Positions 13,346-27,051 of a DNA stretch of 64,000 nucleotides are shown one piece after another. A model generated the notes under the pieces. It had not been told where the DNA came from and did no database searches. It was given only the letters and a program-made list of their open reading frames with translations. The translations under genes and the position numbers were made by a program. This DNA comes from Tubulanus polymorphus. Taxonomy: Eukaryota > Animalia > Nemertea. The stretch lies in the NCBI RefSeq assembly GCF_964204645.1, contig NC_134027.1, positions 8,154,485-8,218,484 of the forward strand, read 5' to 3'. Position 1 is the stretch's first letter, and each line of letters starts with the position of its first letter.

Positions 13346-16300
13346 TTTTAATCTGGAAAAAAATCTTGTTTTTTTATATTTGTTTATAGGCGTTTATATC
13401 ATCTATTCACGGTCCGAATGTGGCTATTATATACTTTTGTATCATATCAAATTACACTTGCCCACAAGTAGCCCACATTGGCAAATAGATAGATGACATA
13501 TAATCGTTTATTTCCTTCTTACTTACAGCGTTATGAGTCCATTACTTGTGTGGGTATATAGGAATATTATTAATGTTTAGTAACCGATCGTTTATTGCGC
13601 ATTCTGCACGTTAAGACAACGATGAAAAATCCTCATTCATCACTTTTTATTGGCATGCATTATACAACAAACCTCCTAATACAAAATCACGATATTGCCG
13701 TCATTTTTTGTGACTCGCCCTCGAGTCGACGAATGTTTTCCAAAGTTCTTTTTTCGCATAAAAAAACCAACCACAGTATCAGAAAATGCCTCGGAGAAAT
13801 GCGGAACTAATTATCATAATACACACACGTACACACAAAGCGCAAGTGAGATATCGAAAGCTTACATTACCGGAAGTCATTGGCAACTTAACATCCGATG
13901 ATTCTATTTCACGAGAATGGAGAATTTTTGTGCTAATTTTTCCCAGTATATTATGCTTAGTTTGTTCTGTGTATGAAATGCTGCAGGGATAATGATTTTG
14001 TACACACATCAGACATCATTTGCCGCACAGGCATAAATGTCACCTAAACCGCGTCTTCAAGCCGAAAACCAAACTAATGCAAACATGCGACGGCATACAT
14101 CAAATAAATATCTTTTGTTTTATTTGTTGGCGAAATAAATCGCGATCAGTCGTGGTTCTTTCGAACGTTGAGGCTCTATGCTGAGGTCAAGGTCATCTGA
14201 AGACGACCTTCGGCTAAAGAGATAATAACGTGCGCGCGCGTTATTACTTAGCTTTCTTCTTGTCAAATGATTATTTCGATTTGTCGAACGAACTCACACC
14301 ACTCGTTAATGGTTTTCAGTTTTATGTTACCTTTAATATTCTAATACCGGAAACTGACGCGAAGCGCCAAACTATATCTACTTTCTCATGAAATCACATC
14401 AGATATGATTAACTTTAAATAAAGAGTGTTGGAATGACGTGTTTGAAATCGAATAGCGGTAAATCTATTTCAAAGGAAATTTCACAAAGTCCTCTAATCA
14501 ATCTCAAATTTACAAGCCGTGATTTGAGTATCGTCTGGTGTAAGGTATACATGACTCCCGTGCGAACTCTCGAGATTTGTACTTCGTGGAAGTCACTCGA
14601 ATCATCGTCATCAAACGTGATCATTCTAAGAATACATAACAATGGTACTGATTTTCACTTGACGAATCTTTTTGCGACACATTCAAGTTTTTTTTTTACT
14701 TGTGTATTTTCATAAAATTTTTTTGCAACTTAACCCCAACATAATTTGTTTGTATTCTCAAGTTCTGAGTTCTGAGCTTGATAAGAATCAGTCCATTTGA
14801 TGCATTTTTCCTTGATTTTACCTGATGAGCCAACCCGTAAACGTAGGAGACTGGTTATTGATTTTTGAATAATCATAATAGTGGAAAGATTTAATGGTGT
14901 ATCGGAAACTGCTTATTAGTCAGGTTCAGTGGCGAAATTAGTGTGCCCTCGTGTTGCTCGATCATCTTTTTGTGGTCAGTCGCTTTTTCATTTGTCTCGG
15001 AAAATATCTCACGAACAGAAGGGAAATCGCGTAAAAGTCTTTTCATGTCTAACGGGTTATTGCTGCATTCGCATATACAAAACGGAAGGCCGTTCAGCTG
15101 TATCAGCTAAAAAAATACCTTCAGGAATTTAGCGACTGGAATGTCCATTTATCACCCGAAAACCACTATCTTTCTAACGGAGTATCAGTCGAATCGCATT
15201 ATCAAAATGTCGTTACACTCAAAGAGCGAAGAAACGCACACCGATCTGCTGATACAATTTTCGGCGTAAATTCGACTCTTTAGTAAATCTTTAATTTTTT
15301 AATGCCATAAAAACTATGATACATAGTCTACGTACGTTTGAGGGGTTCTCTGTCAGTCGACAATTTCAATTGTGGATTTTGGCGTTTGAATTATGTAATT
15401 AAACGTATTTCATAAGTCGTATTTTATTTTTGATAACTTTTGATAATCATTTTTTAGAGGTTATGCACTACGTCATCAATATATTGGGGCTAGACTGGTT
15501 GTCGGTTGATTCAATTCAATTATCGATATATTATATTCAAATTCAAAATAACTTTATATACCCTTTATATCATATAATCTATATTACATTTATTATTCAT
15601 TGTCGCAGATATTAAGCGATATATGTGTTGCTTTTAAAGGCGTCAATAAAATATAAAAGTTACTTTTCTCGTTTACCATTACTGCTTGAAAGTCAAATGA
15701 TAGTCGCAGTTCAAGAACAAGTTCCAAGTTCGTGTCATTTTACCATGATTTGTGAGACTTTTATCGCATGGTTTAAGCGTTTTCAAAAACCGCAAATCTC
15801 GACATGAATTCACAAGAAAAGTGTTTCTATTTCAACCAAAATGAGATACATTTTAATTGAAGATAATTCTCAGATGATAAATGAATTCGGTGAATTGTGA
15901 ACATTTCCAAGAAAAAGCTGCAGAATCAGTGGACGTGGACAAAATACAAGATTCAATGGGCAAGCCAAGCTTGCAGCTGAACTACCGTAAAGAAATTTGT
16001 CGGTCAGTGTTTCTGACGTATTGCTGTTGTACTTGCTAAAATATCTTCGGCCATGATTCAAGTTCAAGTTTAATTGTACAGTTTTCAAATTGAGAAAAAA
16101 AATCAAGAATCATAAAATCAAATTTGTATATCAAAAAAATACTTAAAAATCGAAAAAGTCACACATCATAACATTTTTCTATTTCAAATGTTGGGGACAT
16201 TCATTTTCGAATAAGATACGATCTATATAGACCATTTTTTTTAAATCAAAAGTTGAAAGTTAGATTAAATCTTTCTTCCGTTTAAAAAGGAAATTGATTT

Positions 16301-16458
16301 CTCAGATGATCTCAGATATATTTTTTGTCAAAGATACAATATGATACACTAGCTATATATCTGAATAGATGAAGTTTCGATCATCCCGTTTGAATACGTA
16401 TTAGATTAAAGTTAATGCTACGAATGGTTTTCGTTTAATTTCATCTAGTTTATCCTAC

Positions 16459-16512
16459 CTGACTGTATGCAAATAGTAACGTCGTTGATGTTATGAGTAG
16501 TAACACGTTCAT
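16459..16512 (-). CDS. Signal-peptide exon of the prokineticin/astakine-like gene (MNVLLLITSTTLLFAYSQ)
   Basis: ATG at 16512, hydrophobic core, donor CAG|gtagga in phase 0. It joins in frame to the exon at 4740, giving ...FAYSQA^KYTC, a plausible signal peptidase site and a 106-aa precursor. The implied intron is about 11.7 kb. Confidence 0.7.
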
Positions 16513-18544
16513 ATTTCCTGTCTTCGGCTTTCTCAGCTTTCTGAAATGACAGCGCGCAACACGAATGAATAATTCCCTGTTCTCACTGAGCGTCGCACTC
16601 GCCGTTCGTTCGTAACTTCTCTTTGTGTCTTTCGACGGCGTTGCGGACAGTAGATAGGGCGGCCGCGAGGCACCTAGCGCTGAGCCAAGCAACAAGCGGT
16701 TCGATCTCAAAAGTCCATTCAGATTTCTCTCGCGTAGATGTCCATTGTACAGTTTCTAGCCGCCATTTTGTTTTATTTTTAGGATACTTTTGTCCTTTTG
16801 TTGAGTTATCTTTTACTCTTTTTTAAAAACTATTTGTGATGCGTGTTTTACGTGTCATATTTCATTGGTGCGTAGATGGATTTCGACAGTTTCAGCAACA
16901 TTCAAACCTCTGTGAATCTCTAGTTTTCATTTATGTCAAGTTCATTTTTCAAATGTGAATGGGAACTAACCGATCAGTGAAAATTACTTAATCATTTTAA
17001 AATGAATTCATTACAATCCAAGAAAAATCTAAAAATGTGTTAGATTCGAAATCTGCTTTAATGCTCTCATTGTTTGTGGCCGAATCAATTCATTTTGAAC
17101 TTGCAATACAAATTTTACAAACAATTTTATCTATGAAAATTTTATTCAATCTTTTCTACCCAACGTGTATTGTGGATATTATTCTAACCTCGTCTGCTTT
17201 ACCGAAGAACCATTTCTAAACAAACAAGCTGTATAACGAAATATGAAAACAATTGCGCGAATAGGATACTAATCTCCTGTCGTATTACACCTTAACACAT
17301 CGTATTTATATCGTAATAGCTATAACTACCTTCAATACTTTGATACGGGTGATGTCGATATTTCATAATGCCCCGCTAAATGACTTACGTACTTGAAAAA
17401 TGACCAGCGGCTAAAAATATGATATGTCGCAACAACAACAACAATAACAATCATATCAACATCAAATTCTACTCCTGATTAAAGTGATCGATGATTATTT
17501 TGTCCTTGATATAGGCCTCCCGGACCAGTTGAATATTCGGATAATTATTGATGGGCGTGGGTCGTGTTTTCGTCATGACGAATAACATGTTATCAATTTG
17601 AGCTTGAAATATTAATTTTGCTCGATGTTTGACTGCTATTTTTAGCGATTGATACGTACATCGTGATCCAATCTACAGATGATAAGCGTAATCTTGAGCC
17701 ATCGTTCGGCACTTGATAAATAATTTGTATAAGCACCTTCTTTTCGCGAGTCGCAGTGCCGATGAAAAGGACATGCGGAACATGGACGTATCGAATGTCA
17801 ATTGGGTTAGTTAATAATGGATAGCATTTATTCAGTGTTGTTTCGTTTATTGCTCGCTATATGACCTCTTATTGCGAGGTGGAAACGCCGGTCCCAAAAA
17901 AAAACACACACGAGCGTTAGTGTTTATAAATAGCCTTTTTACCTTCTGGAATTGCCGCTACGTCGTTAAATACGGACCGAAATCACGAGCGGTATGGTTA
18001 TTATGTCTCCGGTGTAAACTTGAATTGCTGTGAAATTTGTTGCCGGAAAACATTTACGACGAAACCGGAGTCGAGTCCCTCATGTCAGCGGCGGCACGCA
18101 TCGTCGTGAAATTGGCTCTTTTATATCTTCTGTTCTTTGCGACGTCTGCGCGATCGTTTGTCGTCGTCGTCGAAGAAAGAAGACATTTTTGTAATTTCTC
18201 TTTGTTCCGCGTCGGTTATTATTTATTTTCAGTTAAAAATCGCCGTGACGACGCGTTGTCGTATCGAACTGGATTATTCGCGAGGAATCTTCCACCGCTG
18301 GGAGCGATTGCTACATGAATTTGCGGTTCTAGAACAAAAAGAATCGACGTTTCATATCCGGTGGGATGCGCAGGCGTGTAGGGTGAGAGGTGCAGGGGCG
18401 GATCTAGGAAGGCCGGGGTGGGTCCAGATGAAAAGAAAAAGCATTCCCGGATAAAGCAGCAAAGTCAAAAGCCCCTCGGGTGGGTGGATGTTTGATGTGG
18501 TTGTCTTCAAATAACTTCACTGAGAACCTTCAATTTCAGTGGTA

Positions 18545-18704
18545 CAGTGGAACCTCGTTACAGCGAACTTCACGGGACCAGAAAATATGTTCGTTATATC
18601 CAGTATGAAATGCATTAAATTTTCTTACTGGGGACGAAATTCTATATTATTTGTTATATCCGTTGAATCGTTGTTTACCAGTTCGTTATAACGAGGTTCC
18701 ACTG
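18545..18704. mobile_element. Tc1/mariner (pogo/Tigger-like) MITE
   Basis: TIRs CAGTGGAACCTCGTTA...TAACGAGGTTCCACTG flanked by TA on both sides. Confidence 0.85.
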
Positions 18705-21700
18705 TATATCGCTATCGCGACCCCTGGTGGTTCACGCCAGTTCTCAGTATACGGAACGCCGCGAACCGGCCACTCTCAGGACTGGGTGAACCAACCAGTA
18801 TCATGGACATCATGTTCGCGCACCGATACTACTTTCTTTGTTAATCCCATTTCAATCCCTCCTTAAATTCAAGACGGTGATAATGCATGGAAATACATCA
18901 GCTTCGTAATGTCCATTCGTTTGAAAAAGTAATATGTTTCATGTTTCATTACATCGGAACCCATCAACGTTTTGTTCTTAACACCCAGTGCCATTCAGAA
19001 GTCTATCAATAGTAAAATCATACAAAAAATACATCCTCTTTATGTATTTTTGATCATACATGATATATAACATGATTTTAAAGATCACCCTTTGATATTC
19101 TTTAGTCAGGGCTAGAGAGAAGTTAGAGAAATGTTTGATGGTTTCGTTAGATTTCTCGCCTGACCAACTCCTGTTCGAAGTGGTCTAGAGTGAGTTTCGT
19201 CATTACCGAAACCTACACAACTATCACCGGTAGTGTATAAATTATGCAAGTAAATCCTCTTCATCTTCTTCAGACTCTTTCGCTGCAAAACCTACAGCTC
19301 GCTATCCCAGGTTCTTAACCGACATGGCTGAATACACATCGTTCTAATCACAGGAAACATATTGTCACTGATACGAAATACACACGTCTACAGCGGCCGA
19401 TCAGCGTTTGTATCATACGTATAATCCACTTTTGACAGGTACTCCCCTAAATCCCCGGGCACAATTTAGAATTTGACAGTTATTCCCATGGTTTCTCAGT
19501 GTTGCCATGGTATTTACTAGTTGGTGATTAAATCATAGAACTTTGATATCAAGTCAATGCTTAAACTCCAGGATCAATTCTGACGACGAATATATAATTG
19601 CCAATCGCCATCAAGTCTTCAAGCGCAATAATCAAAATATTCTGGAAAATCTATGGATGAAATTGATTTCCTGAAATAAGAATAAAAAGTACTTACCGCA
19701 TCTGGAAAATGTATGTGTACGAGGAAATTTTGTTCCTCGCATATGTGAAACAATCATGTATATATTTAAGTCTTAAAAACGAGACAAAGAAAACTTTTGA
19801 GCCTTGAATACTGTGATAGGTAAATGTATTGAGATTTTTGTTAAACAGACTTGGGCAGAAATATGACTCAAAAGTCCTTGTTCATTTGTAAATGATGCCT
19901 TGTTTCTCCGCAGTGGGTAATTTTTGTAGAATATAATAAAATTCTAAATCAGTTTTTAAGCTGCCGAGTACTGTTCTGGTCAAATAAATCACGATTTTTA
20001 AAAAGTAATGGACAGGGTAGATAAGCGGCCGGTGGGTCAACTTTTAAGCTCAGCAGAGCGGAAAAACAAGGTATCAATTTTTTAAGCCATAATTTTCTTG
20101 TTTCTGCGTTTCATACGTAGTCAAACAACGATTATAGAATCGTGTTCCCGATCCCTTGAATGATCATCTGGGTATTCAATACGTGTGAGTCTAGGTTCCT
20201 CCGCCACAATATCTCAGTTTCTCGGTAATATGAAAACGTCTTTCAGTTTCCCTGTGCCGGCAAGTGAAAGATGAATCACTGAATTGGTGCATATGCGAGT
20301 TAATTCAAACCCGTGTTCCGAGATGAAAATACAAGTCTTGAGGGAGTAGGTGAATAAAGAATTTAGCCCGAATATCTTGCTATTTTTTCTCTCGAAAGTC
20401 TTCAAGATTCATTTAGCGCAGGAATTATTCATAGCTCGGATAAAAAAATCCGCATCCACCTTCTTTATCTATTTCCTCGATTCTTCTCGCATTGGCGGTT
20501 GTAAATTTTTTATACCTTTGAATTCGCCGTCCTGCTCGATGGCTACAGAAGGCGACCTTTATCTCGTCGGTAATCGATCATTTACGAGAAGCGTTGTTTT
20601 CTCGAATCAAATAAAGTCAGCTCGTGAAATATACAGTTCGTTTGGGATTGACACAATCGATCATCATTAAAAACAAGCAACAATTTTCAAATTCACTGTC
20701 GGTTTTTATCAATGGCCCCAAGTCCAGACGATACAAGTTGTCATAGCATTTTTTTACAGCGCGATGGAGATGTATTAAGATTTTGATAACGTCTGCAGTA
20801 GATGTGACATCCATATAAATGCCAGGTATATTCATCTGGCCATGGACAAATGATTTGTCAGAGCCCACGCATCGATTTTGGTTATGAATTAGTAAGAAAG
20901 ATAACTGCAGATATATACGCCATTATCACTTCAAAGCATTATCCAGAGAAAAAAAAACCAAGATGGTTTCACGTATAAGCCGCATTCAAATCGCTGTGAA
21001 GATTAACTCTTGCAGTTTTTCTCGGTAACGGCCGCCAAAAGCTTCGTAGAAGTGTCTTCAGCTAAAAATGTAAACATGTGCCAGGGCGTAACGTATAAAC
21101 AACTCCTTGACCTTCGTAAAAATCGAGTTTGACAATTTTTCTCAGGCCCAGACCTTGCAAAAGTACGATGTAATAGAAATAAATTTTGAAATTACATTCG
21201 ATAATATAAATATACATGTATAAGTACCATGCGCGTATCGATAGACTAGTATGAACAATAGCTGAGCACCAGATTTGCCGAAATTTCCTGTTGCGATCAT
21301 TGACCGAACCCGTAGTATCACGACAACCAGAACCAGTGTGTTTTTGCGGGGGCTTATTCACTCTTGTTCACATCTATAGCTTATTTACTCAAAAGGGAGA
21401 TTATATCGGTCATTGTTCACCAGTCGTTTCTTTTTTCCTCGTAAAATCGTTTCTTTTTCCTCGTGAAATCGTTTCTTTTGCTGAATGAAATTTTTCCGGA
21501 CTGAAGCTAGGCCTCGTTGTCTTTGCTTCAAACAAATCACCAGACACGACCTCAGGCATGAGAAAGTTAGTGGTATAAACAGTATATTATATCAAATTGG
21601 TTTATATCAGATCAGCAAGTGGGTCAAAGCGTTATGGTCGTACCGGTCGAGAGGGGTGGGGGTGTATTTCAAAATGAGGTCTATTATCATTTCCTTTATC

Positions 21701-21950
21701 CATTAAAAAAGTGTATTAAAGATATATATGAGTCTAAATGCCATTTTATATTATGAGATGAAATATGTCCATACCAATCTTGAACGTATGCTGATCGTGT
21801 TGTTCCCCTTACTTATTAGGTTAAAAAGGGTATATTTTTGTGGAAAAAGGTTATCTTTAACATAAAAAATTTCTAAGTAAGTAAGAATGGACTAATTTCA
21901 AGTTTAGAGAGATGGATATAGGTAACCACAATCGCCAGGAAGTGATCCCA

Positions 21951-22110
21951 GGGCCAAATTCGGTTTTCGTATCTAGTCGACTAGTGGTCGGAACTAATAA
22001 CCGAATGCGCTCGATTTTCGAACTATTTACGGAATATAGTTCCGACTAACGGACATTCGGTTTCGTTTGGTTCGACTATAATCGACTAACTCAGAAAACC
22101 GAAGATGGGC
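21951..22110. mobile_element. Palindromic MITE-like element upstream of nkd
   Basis: ggccaaattcggttttcgtatctagtcgactagtggtcggaac pairs imperfectly with ttcgactataatcgactaactcagaaaaccgaagatgggc; internal arms are also complementary. Confidence 0.55.
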
Positions 22111-22279
22111 TTGGCTGACTAGGACGCGGCGGCAAACTCAGTTAGGTAGCGCTACCATCCGTACGCGCGGAGTGACGTACCATAGTCAACAAGGCGCGCG
22201 GATACAGTCTAGGGCAAAACGCCAATGAAAAATAACATGACAGCGTAAAATTATTGAGAACAGCTGTTCACGTTTGTGT

Positions 22280-22804
22280 TGGCGGCTTCTTTGAAGTCGC
22301 AAAATACCGTACATACATACACAACAAGTTAAAATCACCAACGTACATCGTGTCAAGGCGAAAATCGATTCTTTCTTAAAAATTCAATTAGTGCAACAAA
22401 TATTACCGTAACATATAAGCTGAAAAATATGTGTTGAATGTACGGAAATACACGCCGCAATTTTTACAACTGAAAAAATATCGAAAAATTTCTACCGAAT
22501 TAATGGCCGCGTAGATTTATCAGTAGTTCAGATCTACAAGTCAAGTCAAAATATCTATTGGTATTCAATTTTTCTTTAAACTAAAGAAAGCGCGGTTGCA
22601 TTGTTCTCGCAGTTTTTACTTTACATGTTTGTTAATAAATGTTATTGTGCGTGGCGGTCTGTCAAAAGACATTGGCCAACATTAGAGCGGGCTTTGGCAT
22701 AATTACCAAACATTGCCATTAGTATCCCGTTCATTCATTCGACCAATTTTCAAATCGCTACCAATCCGCAAGGTTATTACTTTTCAGAGCGGCTACATCA
22801 AAGC
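22280..22804 (+). promoter_or_regulatory. Putative nkd proximal promoter with TCF/LEF-like sites and CCAAT boxes
   Basis: TGGCGGC (Helper-site-like) at 22280 next to CTTTGAAG at 22289; ACATCAAAGC at 22795; CCAAT/ATTGG motifs at about 22557, 22671, 22743 and 22761; 0.4-1 kb upstream of the nkd ATG. Confidence 0.45.
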
Positions 22805-23242
22805 TGTGTTTTGATGAATGAATCAATCCAAAAAGGTCGCGACCGATATAACAAAACAGGGTACACGATTTAGCGCGCGCCCTCTTGTATTCTAGAATCC
22901 TACAAGAAAACCACACTCAACTCGGTCCAACAAGTAAGAATTTTTAAAAATTCTATTCTATATATGTTATACGCATTTTAAAAGGTCCGATTTTGTTTTT
23001 CGGAGATGTTAAGATGAAGGTACTACCCCTATCGAATGGACGAACCAGCTGTCAATCAACGCTGCTTGATTCCGCCTATTGAACTTTCCGATGTACACAC
23101 GGAGTTACAAGATCTACTGTATGTAAAATACTAGCGCGTTGTGCGGATTATTGTTATTTTTCGTGTTTACCGAAAGCAACGATGGATGTTAGCCGTCGAT
23201 GAAACATTGCGATGTTGGAATACGCGTAAATTTCACCAAGAA

Positions 23243-23267
23243 ATGGGGAAAATACACAGTAAACACG
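23243..23267 (+). CDS. nkd: naked cuticle coding exon 1 (MGKIHSKH, N-myristoylation-type start)
   Basis: ATG GGG AAA ATA CAC AGT AAA CAC G|gtatgt. Closely resembles the vertebrate NKD1 start (MGKLHSK); 25-nt phase-1 exon; MGxxxS consensus. Confidence 0.85.
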
Positions 23268-23786
23268 GTATGTTGACGCGCACCATGTGCGCTTTGTGCT
23301 ACTAGTACACTACTGTACAAAAGTAACGCATACACATTTGGTTAACTATATTTTCGATTCCCCGTAACATTGCTAGCATAAATGACTTGAAATTGTTCTT
23401 GTGATCTTTTTTTATTATCAATGTATATACATACAATGACGTGTTCGATAATGTTGGCTTCTTCGGTATCCTATCGTAAGCCTGTATTAAATATACGTAG
23501 GCATACACTACTGCTTGGATGGTATCTTGTCATAATCCAAGGTGTTTGTTAATTTGAATCTTATGTCTTACGTCTACGCTCATCTAATTAGAATACGAAT
23601 TATTCAGTGAGTTTTTAATGTATATTACATACCCCCATAAAATCAGCTTAAACTGATGGAAATGATTTTTAATGTAGGTACATGAACCCATTCCAATTAT
23701 CCTATCTAACGCTACTCAATATCCTATTTACCAAGTTCGTTTTCTATTTTCTTTCATGTTCTATTTTGTGTGAATACCCGAAACAG

Positions 23787-23810
23787 TTTATGGACATAGA
23801 GGATCTGAAG
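23787..23810 (+). CDS. nkd: naked cuticle micro-exon 2 (VYGHRGSE)
   Basis: aaacag|TTTATGGACATAGAGGATCTGAAG|gtaggc; 24 nt, phase 1-1, ends in GAAG like the short vertebrate second exon (...RESPE-G). Confidence 0.55.
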
Positions 23811-24016
23811 GTAGGCATATGTATATTCTTTGGCAAATTTTCTTTTTTTCATAATATCTCCTCAACCAATTAATGATAGCAAATATTAATTCCTAATTTG
23901 GATTGCATTCTGGTGACATTTGATTGTGAAATAAGCGTCTGAAATCAAAATTAGACACTGGCCTCCATCCTGCGTAAGTGAAATACAAACCTTTTCACTA
24001 ATAAAACTTGAAGCTA

Positions 24017-24180
24017 CAGTTGAACCTCGTTGATATGATTCTGATGAAACGCACAATGATTTCCAGCATGTCCCAGCTGAGCTATTTATATCAATCAAGA
24101 TTTGGATAATACGAAATCTGCTTAATACAACAATTTCATTTTTGAACACAAGATTCATACATATAAACGCGGTTCCACTG
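24017..24180. mobile_element. Tc1/mariner (pogo/Tigger-like) MITE
   Basis: TA|CAGTTGAACCTCGTT...AACGCGGTTCCACTG|TA; TIRs shared with the element at 18545. Confidence 0.75.
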
Positions 24181-26334
24181 TATTCTGGGATCTACTATAT
24201 ACCTATAGATATACTCAGAAGAGGATACATAATACAGTGAATTCGACGGATCTGAAATAAAACGATGATAAGTGAGATATTGAGGGGGTATGATCTCAGA
24301 TTTTAGAAGTTGGATTGTATTTCATGTTACTTCCACTTGTTAATTATTGAGTAAAGTGCTTTCTGCGTAATGTAAACAAGCCGCTTATGAAGCGAACGTG
24401 TTTCTAGCGAATATGGGTATTTCCATGAAAGTTCTCGGGTTATCGAGTGCTTCTCACATTTTGACAAAGAACACTAACGATTTTGATGACAAAAACTGTT
24501 AAACATTCGACAGAAAAAAGGAGAAGAATAGATTTTTGAATATTTTTGTAAATAAAAAAATGGATAGGCCTATAAAGATCATCTCGATTTGAGACATTGG
24601 ACATTTCATTGTACAGTTATTTGCATTCTATTAAGTTTTGGGTGTCCCTAAGATATTCCCGAAAGTGTTTTCACCCTTTGAAATAGCTAGACATTAGAAT
24701 TGTCATTGTCAAAGAAGATACAGCCTGTAGCTATGATATCATTCATTGAGCGGACATCAAAGGCCAACCTTAATGGATTAGCCATGATTTTCATTTCAAA
24801 AATTGCCTATTAGAATCCTATTGTGTTTTGAACCAAACTGTGCAGACAACGCAAATTGGTTATTAGTTTATTCGTGAACAAGTTGCAGAATTCAGAAAAC
24901 AAGAAGAGTTCCATCTATGATGCTCTTCAATAGGTACTTTTTATTTTTTTTTTCAATTTCAACGTTTTTCACTTTTGATATTTGGTTTTCTGGAATGTCC
25001 ATCAGTTTAAAACGCAGTTAAATGGTGTGAAAAAACTAAAAGCTTCGCAATTAGCTTTTTGATAAGTGAAATGTACCAGTTGGAACTAATTCAAAATGAT
25101 GACTTGTAACGTGTGATATGGTTACATCGTGTTCGTTAATTCTGTATCATCATTTTGAGGAATGAAATGAAAGATGAACAATTGTGTAGTTAAAACAACG
25201 GGTACGGGGATATTTTTGGAAAGTGGGCGATCAGTCCAGCGACCAAGAACCGGTATTGTGGATAAAATCTCCATTCTGCGCTCATAACAACTGTTTGCCC
25301 AAGGTAAAGTACACATGGTCCCTTCCTAGTTCGATTGTCCATTTCAATGAGCATGAATGGATATGGCCAATTATTTTCAAAACTGTGTCATCCATCCATC
25401 ATACTAAACCCTAAAATCCTGCTGATTGCTCTACTTCACTGGGTGGATTTCGCCAATTTTGATTCAGTTTATAACAATTCTCTTGATAAATTCGAAATAA
25501 CCAGCTGTATTGAGAAAATAGACAGGAATTTTGACAGATTCATTGTATCGAGAGGAAAATTTCTCGGATTTAAGCAGTCTTTACTCGCAATATTCGGTGT
25601 ATTTTGCATTTAAACCAGTACACGCGTGTATCGGAGGTGGTTTTATTGACTAGCGAGTTTAACCGCTGTTAAATTTAACATTCGAACAAAAACCTCAAGG
25701 GTAAGGGTGGATCAAACATTTCAGTCCAAAAATATCGCTCTTAGTCAAAAACAGGCTTTGTCGAACTAACTTAATTCCTCTAATGTATGTAATATCGACT
25801 TATGAAGGCGAAAATTATTAAAGGAGATAATTGTAACCGCGATAAAGTGTAACGATAATATTTTTCATGCCTAATTGTAAGATTACGGATTTTATGCCCG
25901 GATTTCCCATTTCCGGTTCGAACATAATTCCCATTTGAACACGACTTTTTGTTTCATTTCGTCGGCTGTAATTATTGCGGGGCCTCTCGCGCTTTGCTCT
26001 TTTCGACATGTACCGGTAATCTAGTTACGCGTGCTCAATGAGATTCAGTTGCACGGCGCGCGACGCTTAGCGAAATTAGTCAGCGATAATGAGAAGCTAA
26101 ATGCCGGGGAGGAGGAGGGCATGCGTGGGACAAGTGATAATGAGTCGTGTATTTAGACCCTGATTGTTGTGTGACTGATCGAACTGTAAAACAGCTGTAG
26201 GTATTTCGGTTGAGCTCGATGGCGATTGTCTTCTGTACCGATTGTCTTCCTCGATAAGATCTATTTCTGAACGAGGACATATCTTTCTAACGATAAAAGC
26301 TTCACTTTTTTACCCGAAATGAAAATATTTGATA

Positions 26335-26610
26335 AACTTCATACTAGATATCAGACAGGCTCTACGTTCTGCTCATCAGGAAAGATTGGTCGTTCCTTCC
26401 TATTTTCAGCTTCTTATGGTGGTAGAGCATTCTCCACATATGCTCCCAGACTGTGGAATAACCATCTTGCGGACATACCGGACCCCATGTCTTTGTCTTG
26501 TGATTCATTTAAGCAGACCCTCAAAACAGTTGTATTGTGCTGCTTGCTACATGTAGTTTCTAGAGGAGCGCATTTGAACTTTATAGGCAGCCTTGTGCTA
26601 CATAAATGAC
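26335..26610 (+). mobile_element. 3' remnant of an L2/CR1-group LINE (frameshifted ORF2 C-terminus)
   Basis: Translations QALRSAHQERLVVP and YGGRAFSTYAPRLWN...SFKQTLKT match the characteristic LRS...LVVP...G.RAFS.AAPRLWN.LP...FK..LKT tail of L2/CR1 reverse-transcriptase ORFs, split across two frames. Confidence 0.75.
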
Positions 26611-26923
26611 AATTTTTTTTTTTCTATTAGATATTGTAACAAGCTTATTTTCTGTTTTGTTGATGTTATTGTCGGCTGACAATTGAGATCAGCTTCGCAA
26701 ATTCATATTGCTCTCGTTTGCAATGCCCTCATCTCAGTAATGTAATGAGTGCATTGGGAATGGGTAGTAGTGGTTCAAACATGTTTGTCATCTGTAATTT
26801 ACGCAATGTATAGATCCAATTCAACTAATGTACCGCAGCATCAATCATAACTGAAAAACATTTTGTTCACTAATTGTTCAGAATTTTTTTACATTAATTC
26901 TTTTAATTTCTTTTTTATGACAG

Positions 26924-27051
26924 GGGAGTGTTTGTTAGTGAATGCTCATTTGAACGGAACGCAGTCATCATCTCCGAATAAATCCATCGAAGACATTATT
27001 TGGAAGCAACAGTGCGCAACAGGACTCAACCTAGCGAACTATGAAGCTTCA
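26924..27051 (+). CDS. nkd: naked cuticle coding exon 3 (GECLLVNAHLNGTQSSSPNKSIEDIIWKQQCATGLNLANYEAS)
   Basis: Strong acceptor ttcttttttatgacag and donor gtaagt; phase 1 to 0; GECLLVNA aligns with the vertebrate GDSFxVxA motif. Confidence 0.75.

Noticed and set aside
14821-14855. ctgatgag as a hammerhead core
   Set aside because: No stem II followed by GAAA; topology incomplete.
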